From: Minisyncoccota bacterium | Lineage (GTDB): Bacteria > Patescibacteriota > Minisyncoccia > Phycocordibacterales > UBA2135 | Assembly: GCA_040879685.1 (NCBI GenBank) | Contig: JBBDJW010000002.1 | Coordinates: 1 to 39,189, forward strand | Length of the DNA stretch: 39,189 nucleotides | Direction of reading: 5' to 3' | Part shown: one piece after another, positions 19,282 through 29,651 of the stretch | Position numbering within the stretch: position 1 is the first letter of the stretch | Layout of the letters: each line of letters begins with the position of its first letter | Notes under the pieces: generated by a model | Told to the model about the DNA's origin: nothing | Database searches by the model: none | What the model saw: the letters and a program-made list of their open reading frames with translations, nothing else | Made by a program: the position numbers and the translations under genes

Positions 19282-19755
19282 ATGTCAGAGACGACACAAA
19301 ACATTACCCTCCTTCTTTTAACTTCACTTGCGGTGAGTTTTATTTTTCTTTCAGACGCGCCGCAAGAAGCGTCACAAAGTTGTAGCCACACACCGCTTCC
19401 CGTGAGCGAGGTCGCTTTTAAAGAACATACATTAGTTGTTGAGCTTGCAACAACCGTTGTTGCGCGAGAATGTGGTCTTTCATATAGAAAAGAGATCAAA
19501 GAAGGGCATGGAATGCTTTTTGTGTTTGAAAAAGAAGGATACCATGGCATCTGGATGGAGCATATGAGATTCCCTATTGATATTATCTGGCTTGATGAAG
19601 CCCTTCGGGTAGTTTCTATAAAAGAAAATGTCTCCCCCGATTCATTTCCAGAAGTTTTCTCACCGTCCGCTCCTGCTTTGTATGTTTTGGAGGTGAATGC
19701 CGGAGAAGTTTCTTCGCACTCTTTCTTTGTAGGAGACACCATCTTTCTTCGCTGA
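19282..19755 (+). CDS. DUF192 domain-containing protein
   Basis: N-terminal anchor and a DUF192-like core (GLSYRKEIKEGHGMLFVF, MRFPIDIIWLD). Confidence 0.75.
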   Translation: MSETTQNITLLLLTSLAVSFIFLSDAPQEASQSCSHTPLPVSEVAFKEHTLVVELATTVVARECGLSYRKEIKEGHGMLFVFEKEGYHGIWMEHMRFPIDIIWLDEALRVVSIKENVSPDSFPEVFSPSAPALYVLEVNAGEVSSHSFFVGDTIFLR

Positions 19756-19891
19756 TGGTGCTTTGGTAAAAAAGTACTCATCAAAGAGAAAGGAGAGTCT
19801 GTCAACCCTCTCTTTTTTCATGAATTGGAGCGAAATGGTACGACATTCCATAACATCTTTTCCAATAAGCTTGTTATCCACAGAATTCCTT

Positions 19892-19922
19892 AAAAAAAAT
19901 TCTCCACCGAAGAATTTTTTTT
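19892..19922 (+). terminator. AT-rich stem-loop with a U-run, lying between the DUF192 gene and nrdJ
   Basis: AAAAAAAATTCT / AGAATTTTTTTT with loop CCACCGA. The stem is weak (mostly A:T). Confidence 0.3.
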
Positions 19923-19994
19923 GTTACAATGAATATCCGTACAAACAAGGAACAACCTCAACCTCAATTATTACTTGTAATCTACTGGTAACTT

Positions 19995-22358
19995 ATGACA
20001 AGAATATCCTCTAAAAAACAAACCGCATCTCGAGTGAAAAAAGTTTCGTCAAAGAGAAAGATAAACAAAAAAAGCACATTGCGTATTACAAAAATACAAA
20101 AACGAGACCGTAGTATTGCTCCGTTTGATCTTTCAAGGATTAGCAGGGCTGTTTACAAAGCAATGGTTGCCGCACATGAGGGAGTGCGAGGAGATGCTGA
20201 GGTTGTTGCACAAAAAGTTCTTAAAAAATTAGAGGTATGTGCTGAAAAAGACAAGAATTTCATACCGTTTGTGGAAGGTGTACAAGATATGGTTGAGGAG
20301 ACGTTTATGGAAAATGATTTTCCTCACTCGGCAAAGGCATACATCCTCTACAGAGACACTCGTTCAAAGGTTCGCGGGACAAAAGGCGCAATTCCGCAGA
20401 AAGTTAAAGAGCTTGTTGAAGAGAGTAAAAAATATTTTGAGAATCCTCTTTCAGAACATGTTTATTACACAACATATGCGAAGTGGATTAATGAAGAGAA
20501 AAGGCGCGAAACGTGGATTGAGACTGTTGATCGGTATGTTGAGTTTATGAAAGAAAATCTTGGAAACAAATTAAAAAAATCCGAGTATGAAGAAATTCGC
20601 GAGTACATTTTAAATATGAGAGCACTCGGCTCCATGCGGCTTCTCTGGAGTTCGGGTAAGGCCGCGCGCAACAATCACATCACCGCATACAACTGCTCAT
20701 TCATTGCGCCGACATCATGGCGTGATCTTGCAGAGATTATGTACATCTCTATGAGCGGAACGGGCGTTGGTTTTTCGGTGGAGCATCAAAATGTTGAACG
20801 GTTGCCGATGATTCAAAAACAAAAAAAAGCCAAAGTTTCTATTCATACTATTGGAGACAGCAAGGAAGGATGGGCAGAGGCGCTTGTTCTTGGCTTAGAA
20901 ACATGGTCTTCTGGACATGACATCACATTTGATTATTCACATGTGCGTCCGACGGGTTCACGGCTTATGACAATGGGCGGTCGCTCAAGTGGACCGGGGC
21001 CGTTGAAGCAACTTCTTGATTTTACGCGTGAGAGAATGTTAGCTCGGCAAAACAGAAGGCTCACTACCCTTGATGTACATGATATTGTTTGCAAGATTGG
21101 TGATGTCATTGTTGCAGGTGGCGTGCGACGCTCCGCGCTTATCTCACTTTCCGACCTTGATGATGTGCTGATGCGCGAGGCAAAAAACGGTCAATTTTGG
21201 CTTAATAATCCTCAGAGAGCGATGGCTAACAATAGCGCCGTCTATAACGAAAGACCTACCGTTAAAGAGTTTCTTGATGAGTGGCAAAACCTAGTAAAAT
21301 CAGGCTCTGGTGAGCGAGGTATCTTTAATCGGGGGAGTCTCAAGAAACAGCTCCCCGTTCGCAGGTGGAAAAAATTTGAAAAAGACCTTGATAATTGCGG
21401 CACGAATCCGTGCGGTGAGATTGTTTTGAAGTCAAAGCAGTTTTGTAATCTTTCAGAAGTTGTATGTCGTGCGGAGGATACAGAAGATACGCTTATGGAT
21501 AAGGTTCGCATTGCAACAATTCTAGGAACATATCAGGCGTCGTTAACGAAATTTCCCTTTCTTTCAAAAGAATGGAAAGAAAATTGTATCGAGGAGGCAC
21601 TTTTAGGAGTTTCTCTTACCGGTCAGTGGGATTGCACGGCGGTGCGCAACCCGCTTACTCTGCGAAAACTTAAAGAGGTTGCAATTGAAACAAACAGAAA
21701 ATATGCCGCGCGATTTAAAATTAATCCAAGCACCTGTATTACCTGCGTGAAGCCAAGCGGTAATGGTTCACAGCTCTTTAACTCCTCAAGCGGTATGCAC
21801 CCTCGACATGCAAAGTATTATATTCGTCGTGTACGCATTGAGGCGCACAATCCTATTTTTGCAATGTTAAAAGATATGGGTGTTCCTTATCATCCTGAAG
21901 TTGGACAAAACAAAGAGACGGCGAGCACGTTTGTTCTTGAATTTCCCGTAGAGGCTCCTGAAGCAGCAAAATTTTTTAAGGATGATGTGAGTGCATTTGA
22001 TCAACTTGAACACTGGAAGATGGTAAAAGAGAACTATACGGAACATAATCCATCAACAACAATTTCTGTTGGCGAGGAGGAGTGGTTGGAGGTTGGCAAT
22101 TGGGTTTACAAGAATTGGGAGATGGTTGGGGGACTTTCATTTTTACCTCGTAGTGAGCATGTTTATAAACTTGCGCCATACGAAGAGATTACAAAAGAAA
22201 AGTATGAGGAGCTTATGAAGGACTTTCCTGAAATTGATTTTGCAAAAATTGTTCTTTATGAAGAGGATGATACTACACAAGGAGCAAAAGAACTTGCCTG
22301 CAGTGCTGGTACGTGTGAAGTTGATTTTATTTCTCTTGAAGAGGGAGTAAAGAAATAG
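19995..22358 (+). CDS. nrdJ: Adenosylcobalamin-dependent (class II) ribonucleotide reductase with an N-terminal ATP-cone
   Basis: An ATP-cone-like N-terminus (KRDRSIAPFDLSRI), an active-site region (NPCGEI, CNLSEV) and 787 aa. Confidence 0.9.
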   Translation: MTRISSKKQTASRVKKVSSKRKINKKSTLRITKIQKRDRSIAPFDLSRISRAVYKAMVAAHEGVRGDAEVVAQKVLKKLEVCAEKDKNFIPFVEGVQDMVEETFMENDFPHSAKAYILYRDTRSKVRGTKGAIPQKVKELVEESKKYFENPLSEHVYYTTYAKWINEEKRRETWIETVDRYVEFMKENLGNKLKKSEYEEIREYILNMRALGSMRLLWSSGKAARNNHITAYNCSFIAPTSWRDLAEIMYISMSGTGVGFSVEHQNVERLPMIQKQKKAKVSIHTIGDSKEGWAEALVLGLETWSSGHDITFDYSHVRPTGSRLMTMGGRSSGPGPLKQLLDFTRERMLARQNRRLTTLDVHDIVCKIGDVIVAGGVRRSALISLSDLDDVLMREAKNGQFWLNNPQRAMANNSAVYNERPTVKEFLDEWQNLVKSGSGERGIFNRGSLKKQLPVRRWKKFEKDLDNCGTNPCGEIVLKSKQFCNLSEVVCRAEDTEDTLMDKVRIATILGTYQASLTKFPFLSKEWKENCIEEALLGVSLTGQWDCTAVRNPLTLRKLKEVAIETNRKYAARFKINPSTCITCVKPSGNGSQLFNSSSGMHPRHAKYYIRRVRIEAHNPIFAMLKDMGVPYHPEVGQNKETASTFVLEFPVEAPEAAKFFKDDVSAFDQLEHWKMVKENYTEHNPSTTISVGEEEWLEVGNWVYKNWEMVGGLSFLPRSEHVYKLAPYEEITKEKYEELMKDFPEIDFAKIVLYEEDDTTQGAKELACSAGTCEVDFISLEEGVKK

Positions 22359-22379
22359 CACACAAAGAAAATAATAATG

Positions 22380-22409
22380 AAAAAACCGCTCGGATGTGAG
22401 CGGTTTTTT
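22380..22409 (+). terminator. Rho-independent terminator after nrdJ
   Basis: AAAAAACCGCTC GGATGT GAGCGGTTTTTT, a GC core with a T-run. Confidence 0.8.
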
Positions 22410-22553
22410 CATATAAGTACCTTGTGTCTATAAGCCGAATTCTGTACTAATATTATTAACCTGCGGTGAATAAAATTAGCGGCAGTTATTTATCTAGGCC
22501 TCCTATTACTAGGCGGCTCGTGCGGCACAAATCCCGCATGTGCGGGAAGTACG

Positions 22554-22962
22554 ACCTTGCACTCAGGTAAGGATTTAGCCGTTTCACCTCCGACGTTGCC
22601 GTCGGAGCTCGCCCTGTCAAATAAGACAGGGCGTTTTAAATCTTTCGATTTAAAACGTCTCTGCTCGCACCTCTGCCAATCTTGCCCACTGCAAGGTGGT
22701 CTGCAAGATTGAGCATCCCGCCGTAGTCCTAAAGGACGACGGCGGGGGCCCGCCTTCGCGCAATGCTTCGGCGGGACGCTCAATTTTGTGCTCACCTATG
22801 GTCAACAAAATTGGCGACGGGTGTTACCCGCTACCCTGCTGCGACCCCCGCCATAAAGGCAAAGGTGCTCATTTTCGTGATTGTATTATTACAGACAAAA
22901 ATGGCGAGTGTTCGGACTTTCCTCATCCCGTATAAACGGGATGCAACTACCCAACACAAGGT
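22554..22962 (-). ncRNA. rnpB: RNase P RNA (bacterial type A-like)
   Basis: On the minus strand I see a P3 hairpin CATCCCG-TTTATA-CGGGATG followed by GAGGAAAGTCCGAAC (P4 5' strand). GCGGGTAACACCCGT is also present. GGTGAAACGGCTAAATCC is a candidate P4 3' strand. P1 pairs ACCTTG with CAAGGT. A terminator-like hairpin CCCGCA..TGCGGG followed by ATTTGT lies just downstream (22533-22546). The ends are approximate. Confidence 0.8.
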
Positions 22963-23138
22963 AATAAAGATATACCATAAACATTAAAAAAAGCAAGGGA
23001 AGAAATATTCTCACTCATATGAGATTCTTACCTCCTTGCAGAGACGCCTGTTCTTTTATACTATTTATATATTATTTACAAAGAACAAGAGCCGTATGTC
23101 CTTTTTCACTTCGGCACTACTTTACCCTTAATGCAATT

Positions 23139-25514
23139 ATGGAAACTATTGAAGTTTTAGAAGAGCTTGAGTTGTCAAAAAATAACTTTGACGCTCCTAC
23201 AGAAAAAAAGAAAAAAAGAGACTTCTCTCGTCTTGACCGTAGCCTTTTTCAGCTTTTACTTATTCTTGTTTTTCTTTTACCACTTTTTTTTGTCCCTCTT
23301 TTAGGAGTATCGGTTGAGTTAGAAAAATCACTCTTTCTTGCTCTGGGTATTGGTCTTGGTTCTTTTCTTTTTATTCTCGCTCGCTTAACAACAGGAGTCT
23401 ATACAATACCACGCACGCCAATTCTTTTTGGGGGGTTCTTGGTGGTTGTTGCTTTTTTTCTTTCGGCTCTCTTTTCTCCTGCACCGCATGTCTCACTCTT
23501 TGGCGCGGCATTTGAAAGTACAACAGTGATGGCTATTTTTGTTTTGTTTTTGACATTATTTTTCTCTTCTATTGTGTTCCAAAGCGAGAGAAGGGTTACT
23601 GCATTTTATAAAGCGCTCTTTGCTTCATTTGCCGTTCTCTTCCTGTATCATCTTATTCGCATTATCTTTGGTGCTGACCTCTGGTCATTTAATTTGTTTT
23701 TTACAGAAGCGGCAACACCAATAGGAAGATGGAATGATTTTGGTATTTTTGCAGGCATTATTGCGCTTGTATCAATTGTTACGCTTGAGTTTGGTGCGCT
23801 GAGCGCTCTCTCAAGAAAGAGCATGTATGTCTTTCTTGTTGCAGCACTTGTCTCCCTTGCTGTGGTAAATTTCTCACTCCTGTGGATTATACTCGGTCTT
23901 TTTAGTTTAATGTTAGCAGTTTACAACTTTACTGTGCGTCAGAATGGTATTGGTTGGGGAGTTGCAACGCCATCTCTCTTTGTCTTAATTGTTTCCCTCC
24001 TCTTTTTAATTGGAGGAGGCTCACTAGGCAATGTATTTGCAGAGTATAGTAATACACCTCAACTAGAAATACGCCCCTCTTGGGAGGCAACCATTGGTGT
24101 TGCCGCAGACGTGTGGCGAGGAGATCCCCTTTTTGGAAATGGTCCTAACCGCTTTTCACACGCGTGGTCCCTTTACAAACCCGAAGGAATTAATGCTACT
24201 GCTTTCTGGAATACGTCATTTGATTCCGGTGTCGGGACTCTGCCATCATATGCGGTAACGACGGGTTTTCTTGGAGTCTTGGCATTGCTTTTCCTTCTTG
24301 CTTCATATCTTTATTCTGGCGCCAGAGTAGTCTTTTTTGAAGGAAGTCATGTTCATTATCTCACACTCTCACTCTTTCTTTCTTCGTTCTATCTTTGGCT
24401 TTCTCTCCTTTTCTACACACCAAGTATAACGATTCTTTTTCTTACCTTTGTATTAACAGGAGTGTTTATTGCTTTTTCGGTACAGCGAGGTTATATAAGT
24501 AATCTTACCCTTACGCACAAAAAAGATGTGCGCGTTGGCTTTGTTTCAGTGTTATTGCTTATCGTACTCCTTGCTGGGACTGTTGATATGGAGTATGTTG
24601 GCGCGCAAAAATCACTTTCATTATATAACTTTCACAAAGCCGTACTTGCAAACAGAGATGGCGATCGCGAAAATGCAAAAGCATTACTTCTTCAGGCAAA
24701 CCTCTTAAATGAAAATGATCGCTTCTATCGTTCTCTCGTGGAGCTTCAATTGGCTGACCTCAACGAGCTTTTAACGAGAGAAAATGCACGACCTGAAGAG
24801 GTGCGTGCAGAGTTTCAGCAAACACTTGGTAGTGCGATAAGTAGCGCACGCGGAGCTGTGTCGTTTGATGAGAGCAACTACTTGAACTGGCTTTCTCTTT
24901 TCCAAGTCTATGGTAATGTTGTACGACTACAAGTTGTTGAGGGTGCTTATGAGAACGCACAAGAAAGTCTTAACAATGCACAGGCGCGCAACCCGCAAAG
25001 CCCCGCGCTGTTACTTCGCGGGGCAGAGCTTGAACTTGCCACGGGAAATGCTGATACGGCTCGTGCGGCATTACAATCAGCACTTGCCTTGAAAGAAGAT
25101 TATACCGATGCCATCTTCTTACTTGCACAACTTGAAATCAATGAGGGCAATACCCGCTCTGCAATTGATTCTCTTCTACGAGCAAGTCTTATTGACCCGA
25201 ATAATGTAAGCTTGTTCTTTAGTCTTGGGTTGCTCTATTACAACGAACAAAATTTTGTGCAGGCGACAGAGGCGCTTGAGCGAGTGGTCTTTTTAAGTCC
25301 TCAGTACTCTAATGCGAAATATTATCTGGGTCTTTCCTACTATGAGAGAGAAAGAAATGATGAGGCGATTACTGAATTTGAAGAGATACTTACTCTTAAC
25401 CCCGGCAATGAACTTGTCATTACAATTTTGGATAACCTGCGAGAAGGAAGGCCCCCCCTTGCGGGTGTAGGGGAGACGGGAGGAGAAAGTATAGAGCCCC
25501 CCATTATTCAATAG
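23139..25514 (+). CDS. Polytopic membrane protein (O-antigen ligase/Wzy-like region) with a C-terminal TPR domain
   Basis: At least 10 TM segments followed by about 250 aa of TPR-like repeats (ALALKEDYTDAIFLLAQLE, YYLGLSYYE). I prefer the ATG at 23139 (METIEVLE...). Confidence 0.75.
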   Translation: METIEVLEELELSKNNFDAPTEKKKKRDFSRLDRSLFQLLLILVFLLPLFFVPLLGVSVELEKSLFLALGIGLGSFLFILARLTTGVYTIPRTPILFGGFLVVVAFFLSALFSPAPHVSLFGAAFESTTVMAIFVLFLTLFFSSIVFQSERRVTAFYKALFASFAVLFLYHLIRIIFGADLWSFNLFFTEAATPIGRWNDFGIFAGIIALVSIVTLEFGALSALSRKSMYVFLVAALVSLAVVNFSLLWIILGLFSLMLAVYNFTVRQNGIGWGVATPSLFVLIVSLLFLIGGGSLGNVFAEYSNTPQLEIRPSWEATIGVAADVWRGDPLFGNGPNRFSHAWSLYKPEGINATAFWNTSFDSGVGTLPSYAVTTGFLGVLALLFLLASYLYSGARVVFFEGSHVHYLTLSLFLSSFYLWLSLLFYTPSITILFLTFVLTGVFIAFSVQRGYISNLTLTHKKDVRVGFVSVLLLIVLLAGTVDMEYVGAQKSLSLYNFHKAVLANRDGDRENAKALLLQANLLNENDRFYRSLVELQLADLNELLTRENARPEEVRAEFQQTLGSAISSARGAVSFDESNYLNWLSLFQVYGNVVRLQVVEGAYENAQESLNNAQARNPQSPALLLRGAELELATGNADTARAALQSALALKEDYTDAIFLLAQLEINEGNTRSAIDSLLRASLIDPNNVSLFFSLGLLYYNEQNFVQATEALERVVFLSPQYSNAKYYLGLSYYERERNDEAITEFEEILTLNPGNELVITILDNLREGRPPLAGVGETGGESIEPPIIQ

Positions 25515-25520
25515 TGCTTT

Positions 25521-27194
25521 ATGGTAGAGAGATTTTTAAAGTTACTCTATCAGGAAATAGGCGGTCTCCATGAGGCCGCTTTTCTCCTTGCACTTTTTGC
25601 CTTTTTTTCAAAAATTTTAGCGCTTCTCCGTGACAGATTGCTCGCGCAGCATTTTGGAGCGGGGCTTGAGTTAGATATTTATTATGCCGCGTTTCGTATT
25701 CCGGATTTTATTTATGTCTCCCTTGCTTCATTAGTTGCTTCGGCGGTCCTTATTCCTTTTATCGTTCATATTCTTGATGATAGGGATCGGACAAAACAAT
25801 TTATTAACACTATCTTTACAGTGTTCTTTGGTGCTATTGTTCTTGTCTCTGCAGTAGTGTTCTTCTTTATGCCGCAGCTCTCCGGCCTTGTTGCGCCGGG
25901 GTTTACTGAGGATTCTCTCTCCGAGCTTGTTTTACTTTCACGCATAATGATTTTCTCGCCCTTCTTGTTAGGGCTTTCTGGTTTTTTTGCGAGTATTACA
26001 CAGTCATTGCGAAGATTTTTTGTCTATGCGCTTACACCACTTCTCTACAATGCCGGCATTATTATAGGTATTATATTTTTCTACCCACTTTGGGGCCTCC
26101 CTGGGTTGGCTTATGGTGTGGTGCTCGGTGCGATACTTCATATGCTTATTCAGATTCCTGTTCTTATAAAAAGTGGTATTGTTCCACACTTTACCTTTTC
26201 CATTGACTGGAAAAAGATTCGTGAGGTTCTCTCTCTTTCACTTCCTCGTACCGTGACACTTTCTGCACATCATTTCGTAATTTTGGTGCTTGTTGGATTA
26301 GCTTCACTTATGGTAGAGGGCTCTATTTCGGTCTTCAATCTCTCTTTTAATCTCCAGTCGGTTCCGCTCTCTATCATTGGAGTTTCATACTCCATCGCGG
26401 CGTTTCCTACACTAGCTAAACTTTTAGGAAGTGGCAGAAGCGCCGATTTTGTAAAGCATGTTGTTGCCGCAATGCGCCATATTATATTTTGGTCCATTCC
26501 TGTTATTGTATTGTTTGTTGTCTTGCGAGCGCAAATAGTGCGCACGATTTTAGGGACAGGGGAATTCGGATGGGAAGATACGCGTCTCACTGCTGCCGCG
26601 CTTGCATTATTTTCAATCTCTATTCTGGCACAAAGTCTCATTCTTCTTTTTGTAAGGGGGTATTATGCCGCCGGAGAGACAAGAAAGCCACTCATTATTA
26701 ATGTGGCTTCTTCGCTTTTTGTTATCGTACTCGCCTTTTTCTTTGTGTGGCTCGTGAGAGAAATCCCTCTTGTAGCATATTTTATGCACTCACTTTTCCG
26801 TGTTGAGGGAGTTTCCGGCACCGAGATTCTTATGTTACCTCTTGCTTTTTCCCTTGGGGTGGGTGTTAATGTTCTTGTGTTGTGGGAGTTTTTTAGAAAA
26901 GACTTTTCAATTGCTACAGAGGGACTTGGAAGAGTACTGCGACAGAGCATCTTCTCCTCTTTTCTTATGGGTATAGTTGCCTACTTCGCCTTACAGGTTT
27001 TTGATGATATCTTTGATATAAACACATTTCTTGGTATCTTTGGACAAGGTGCTTTGGCAGGGTTTCTTGGAATAGGAGCAGGGATTCTTACTCTCTACCT
27101 TATGGACAATACTGAGCTTTCAGAGATTATTGTCTCTTTGCGCAGAAAATTCTGGAAGAGCGAACATCTTGTTCCTGACCAGGATGAACTCTAG
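25521..27194 (+). CDS. murJ: Lipid II flippase MurJ (MviN family)
   Basis: 557 aa with about 14 TM segments and a MurJ-type N-terminus (LSKILALLRDRLLAQHFGAG, DIYYAAFRIPD). Confidence 0.88.
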   Translation: MVERFLKLLYQEIGGLHEAAFLLALFAFFSKILALLRDRLLAQHFGAGLELDIYYAAFRIPDFIYVSLASLVASAVLIPFIVHILDDRDRTKQFINTIFTVFFGAIVLVSAVVFFFMPQLSGLVAPGFTEDSLSELVLLSRIMIFSPFLLGLSGFFASITQSLRRFFVYALTPLLYNAGIIIGIIFFYPLWGLPGLAYGVVLGAILHMLIQIPVLIKSGIVPHFTFSIDWKKIREVLSLSLPRTVTLSAHHFVILVLVGLASLMVEGSISVFNLSFNLQSVPLSIIGVSYSIAAFPTLAKLLGSGRSADFVKHVVAAMRHIIFWSIPVIVLFVVLRAQIVRTILGTGEFGWEDTRLTAAALALFSISILAQSLILLFVRGYYAAGETRKPLIINVASSLFVIVLAFFFVWLVREIPLVAYFMHSLFRVEGVSGTEILMLPLAFSLGVGVNVLVLWEFFRKDFSIATEGLGRVLRQSIFSSFLMGIVAYFALQVFDDIFDINTFLGIFGQGALAGFLGIGAGILTLYLMDNTELSEIIVSLRRKFWKSEHLVPDQDEL

Positions 27195-27321
27195 GGCATC
27201 TTTGTGGCAGAGGGAAGTATGAAATCTAAGCAAATTAGAAACTTTAATAGTATTGCCTACCCAGCATCCAAACATGCTGTTGTGGGCTTAGCTCGCTGTG
27301 CGTTTGAGGCCATTAGTTTAT

Positions 27322-29109
27322 ATGACTAACATTAGAAATTTTTCCATTATTGCTCATATTGACCATGGGAAATCAACACTCTCTGATAGGATGCTTGAGC
27401 TTACTGCCACTATTGAAAAGCGAAAAATGAAAGAGCAGGTGCTTGACGTTATGGACCTTGAACGCGAGAGAGGTATTACGATTAAAATGCAACCCGTAAG
27501 AATGGAATATACACAGGGGGATGAGCGGTATATTTTTAATCTTATTGATACTCCCGGTCATATTGATTTTTCATACGAGGTATCTCGTTCCTTAAAGGCG
27601 GTTGAAGGGGCAATTCTCTTGGTTGATGCAACGCAAGGAGTGCAGGCGCAAACACTCACCACCTTGAGAATGGCGCAGGAGTTAGGGTTAGTTATTGTCC
27701 CCGTTATCACAAAAATTGATTCATCCTTGGCGCGAATAGATGAGGTGAAAGAGGAAATCGCCGAGCTTCTTCTCTGTGAGAAGACTGGAATTCTTAGTGT
27801 CTCAGGAAAAACAGGAGAAGGAGTACCACATCTTTTTGATGTGATTGTCGCGCGCATTCCGCCTCCAAAAGAATATGAAGAGAGTGCACCACGAGGGCTT
27901 GTTTTTGATTTTGAATATGATGCGCACAGGGGAATTATTATCTACACCAGATTGTTTAGCGGGATAATACAAAAAGGAGACGCAATGAAGTTTGTGGTAA
28001 CAGGAAATACATTCACTGTTCTTGAGTGCGGTATCTTCAAACCACAACAAGAAAAGAGAGACACCCTCTCTTATGGTGAAATTGGTTATGTTGTTACCGG
28101 TATTAAGGATGCTGAAAACGCCGTGGTCGGCGACACGATTGTCTCAGGGAAAAAGCCACTCCCGGCGCTCTCAGGATATCACTATCCTCAGAGTGTTGTG
28201 TGGGCATCGGTCTATCCCGAAGGTCAAGATGAGTTTATTGAACTTCGGTATGCACTGCAAAAACTAAAGCTTTCGGACGCCTCTCTTTCATTTGAAGAAG
28301 AATCTTCCACTGCGCTTGGAAGGGGGTTCCGATGTGGTTTTCTTGGCATGCTTCATCTTGAGATTGTGATTGAGCGACTCAAGCGCGAACACATGCTCAC
28401 CCTTGTCGTTACGGCACCCAGTGTTGCCTATGAGGTTGTGGAGCGCTCCGGCAAGAAAAGAGACATATACACTCCCTCACAATTTCCTGACCACGGGAAC
28501 TACGAAAAGGCGTATGAGCCATGGGTATTGCTTGATATCATTACCAAAAGTGAAACGATGGGAGACGTCATGCGTCTCATCCATACCCATGAGGGAAGCT
28601 TGGGCGAGTCACAATCGCTCCCTGACGGGCGTATTCGCTTTGAGGCTTCTCTTCCGCTTCGAGAGCTGATGAGAGGGTTTTTTGATGAAGTGAAGAGTGT
28701 TTCCTCGGGATACGCCTCGTTTTCTTATGTCATTACGGGCATGCGTGAAGCGAGTGTCACACGACTTGATATTTTAGTGGGGGGAGAGATTGTTGGTGCA
28801 TTTTCACAGGTTGTCTCGCTTGTACGGGTTGAAGAAGAGGCAAAAGCACTTGTTGAGCGTTTGTATAAAATTCTTCCTCGTCAGCTTTTTGTGGTAAAAA
28901 TTCAAGCAGAAGCTCTGGGTCGTATCATTTCTTCTAAAACACTCTCCGCGCTTAAAAAAGATGTAACCGCGAAACTCTATGGCGGGGATATCACACGGAA
29001 GATGAAGCTTCGTGAAAAGCAAAAAAAGGGGAAGAAAAAAATGCGTGAGCGAGGAAGCGTGAATATTCCGCATGATGTATTCTTAAAGATGCTCCGCCAG
29101 GGAGAGTAG
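27322..29109 (+). CDS. lepA: Translation elongation factor 4 (LepA)
   Basis: MTNIRNFSIIAHIDHGKSTL, DTPGH, and the LepA C-terminal domain. I prefer the ATG at 27322 over the upstream GTG. Confidence 0.95.
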   Translation: MTNIRNFSIIAHIDHGKSTLSDRMLELTATIEKRKMKEQVLDVMDLERERGITIKMQPVRMEYTQGDERYIFNLIDTPGHIDFSYEVSRSLKAVEGAILLVDATQGVQAQTLTTLRMAQELGLVIVPVITKIDSSLARIDEVKEEIAELLLCEKTGILSVSGKTGEGVPHLFDVIVARIPPPKEYEESAPRGLVFDFEYDAHRGIIIYTRLFSGIIQKGDAMKFVVTGNTFTVLECGIFKPQQEKRDTLSYGEIGYVVTGIKDAENAVVGDTIVSGKKPLPALSGYHYPQSVVWASVYPEGQDEFIELRYALQKLKLSDASLSFEEESSTALGRGFRCGFLGMLHLEIVIERLKREHMLTLVVTAPSVAYEVVERSGKKRDIYTPSQFPDHGNYEKAYEPWVLLDIITKSETMGDVMRLIHTHEGSLGESQSLPDGRIRFEASLPLRELMRGFFDEVKSVSSGYASFSYVITGMREASVTRLDILVGGEIVGAFSQVVSLVRVEEEAKALVERLYKILPRQLFVVKIQAEALGRIISSKTLSALKKDVTAKLYGGDITRKMKLREKQKKGKKKMRERGSVNIPHDVFLKMLRQGE

Positions 29110-29142
29110 CGCACAGGAGCCGTCTGCGTTATAGTAAAAAGT

Positions 29143-29250
29143 ATGTTTATAGGAAAAAAACGAAAAAAAGTTCTTAGAATTATATCAGTAGTTGTCGGGG
29201 TTCTTGTTATGATTAGTATGGTGCTTCTCTATACGCCGATTTTTTACTAA
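29143..29250 (+). CDS. Possible 35-aa membrane peptide, absent from the ORF track
   Basis: ATG..TAA encodes MFIGKKRKKVLRIISVVVGVLVMISMVLLYTPIFY, a basic N-terminus plus one TM helix. There is no other support. Confidence 0.3.
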   Translation: MFIGKKRKKVLRIISVVVGVLVMISMVLLYTPIFY

Positions 29251-29266
29251 ATATTTCTTATCTACT

Positions 29267-29647
29267 ATGCGAGAAATTAAGGAAAAAAGAAAGTGGCGAA
29301 TGAGGCTTTTTTCTCGTATAACCATCGCTGGTCTCCTCTTTTTTTTACTCTTTATCGCACATGCGACATGGGGCGTCTTTGGAAAATTTTTAGAGACACA
29401 GAGAAACAAGATACGTGCGCAAGAAAATGTTGCTGAACTCTTAAAGCGCGAGGCAGTGCTTGTCGGTGAGATAGAGTATTTAAAAACAACGCGCGGAGTA
29501 GAAGAAGAGATTCGTGAAAACTTTGGCTTTGCAAAAGAGGGTGAAGGGGTGGTGATTATTGTTCGCGACAAAGGAAGGGATACTTCAGAGAAAACCTCGC
29601 AGGGCGGTTTTTGGACACGTATACAGAGGTTCTTTTTAAGAGAGTGA
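29267..29647 (+). CDS. Septum formation initiator (FtsB/DivIC-like) protein
   Basis: N-terminal TM helix, a coiled coil, and the conserved YIEEIAR-like segment (TTRGVEEEIRENFGFAKEGE). Confidence 0.75.
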   Translation: MREIKEKRKWRMRLFSRITIAGLLFFLLFIAHATWGVFGKFLETQRNKIRAQENVAELLKREAVLVGEIEYLKTTRGVEEEIRENFGFAKEGEGVVIIVRDKGRDTSEKTSQGGFWTRIQRFFLRE

Positions 29648-29651
29648 GCAA

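Noticed and set aside
19161-19805. 214-aa minus-strand ORF
   Set aside because: It is antisense to the DUF192 CDS, which has recognisable family motifs. Its composition is Ser/Thr/Cys-rich, as is typical of antisense frames.
19756-19994. NrdR boxes or a cobalamin riboswitch in the nrdJ leader
   Set aside because: I could not find paired 16-bp NrdR-type palindromes or a B12-box. Only an AT-rich hairpin is visible (19892-19922).
22490-22987. Three overlapping ORFs (101, 79 and 74 aa) in the nrdJ-downstream gap
   Set aside because: The region carries RNase P RNA signatures on the minus strand (GAGGAAAGTCCG, P3 hairpin, GGTAAC-type loop). The ORFs are Arg/Pro/Cys-rich artefacts of a GC-rich structured RNA.
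23019-23138. N-terminal extensions given in the ORF track at 23019, 12924, 37936, 27298, 2147, 3910, 7417, 8381, 8652 and 14693
   Set aside because: Each uses an upstream alternative or earlier start that adds non-homologous, often Cys/Phe-rich residues or overlaps the previous gene. Internal ATGs give N-termini matching the family consensus, for example MTNIRNFSIIAH for LepA and MKILAIETSCDET for TsaD.
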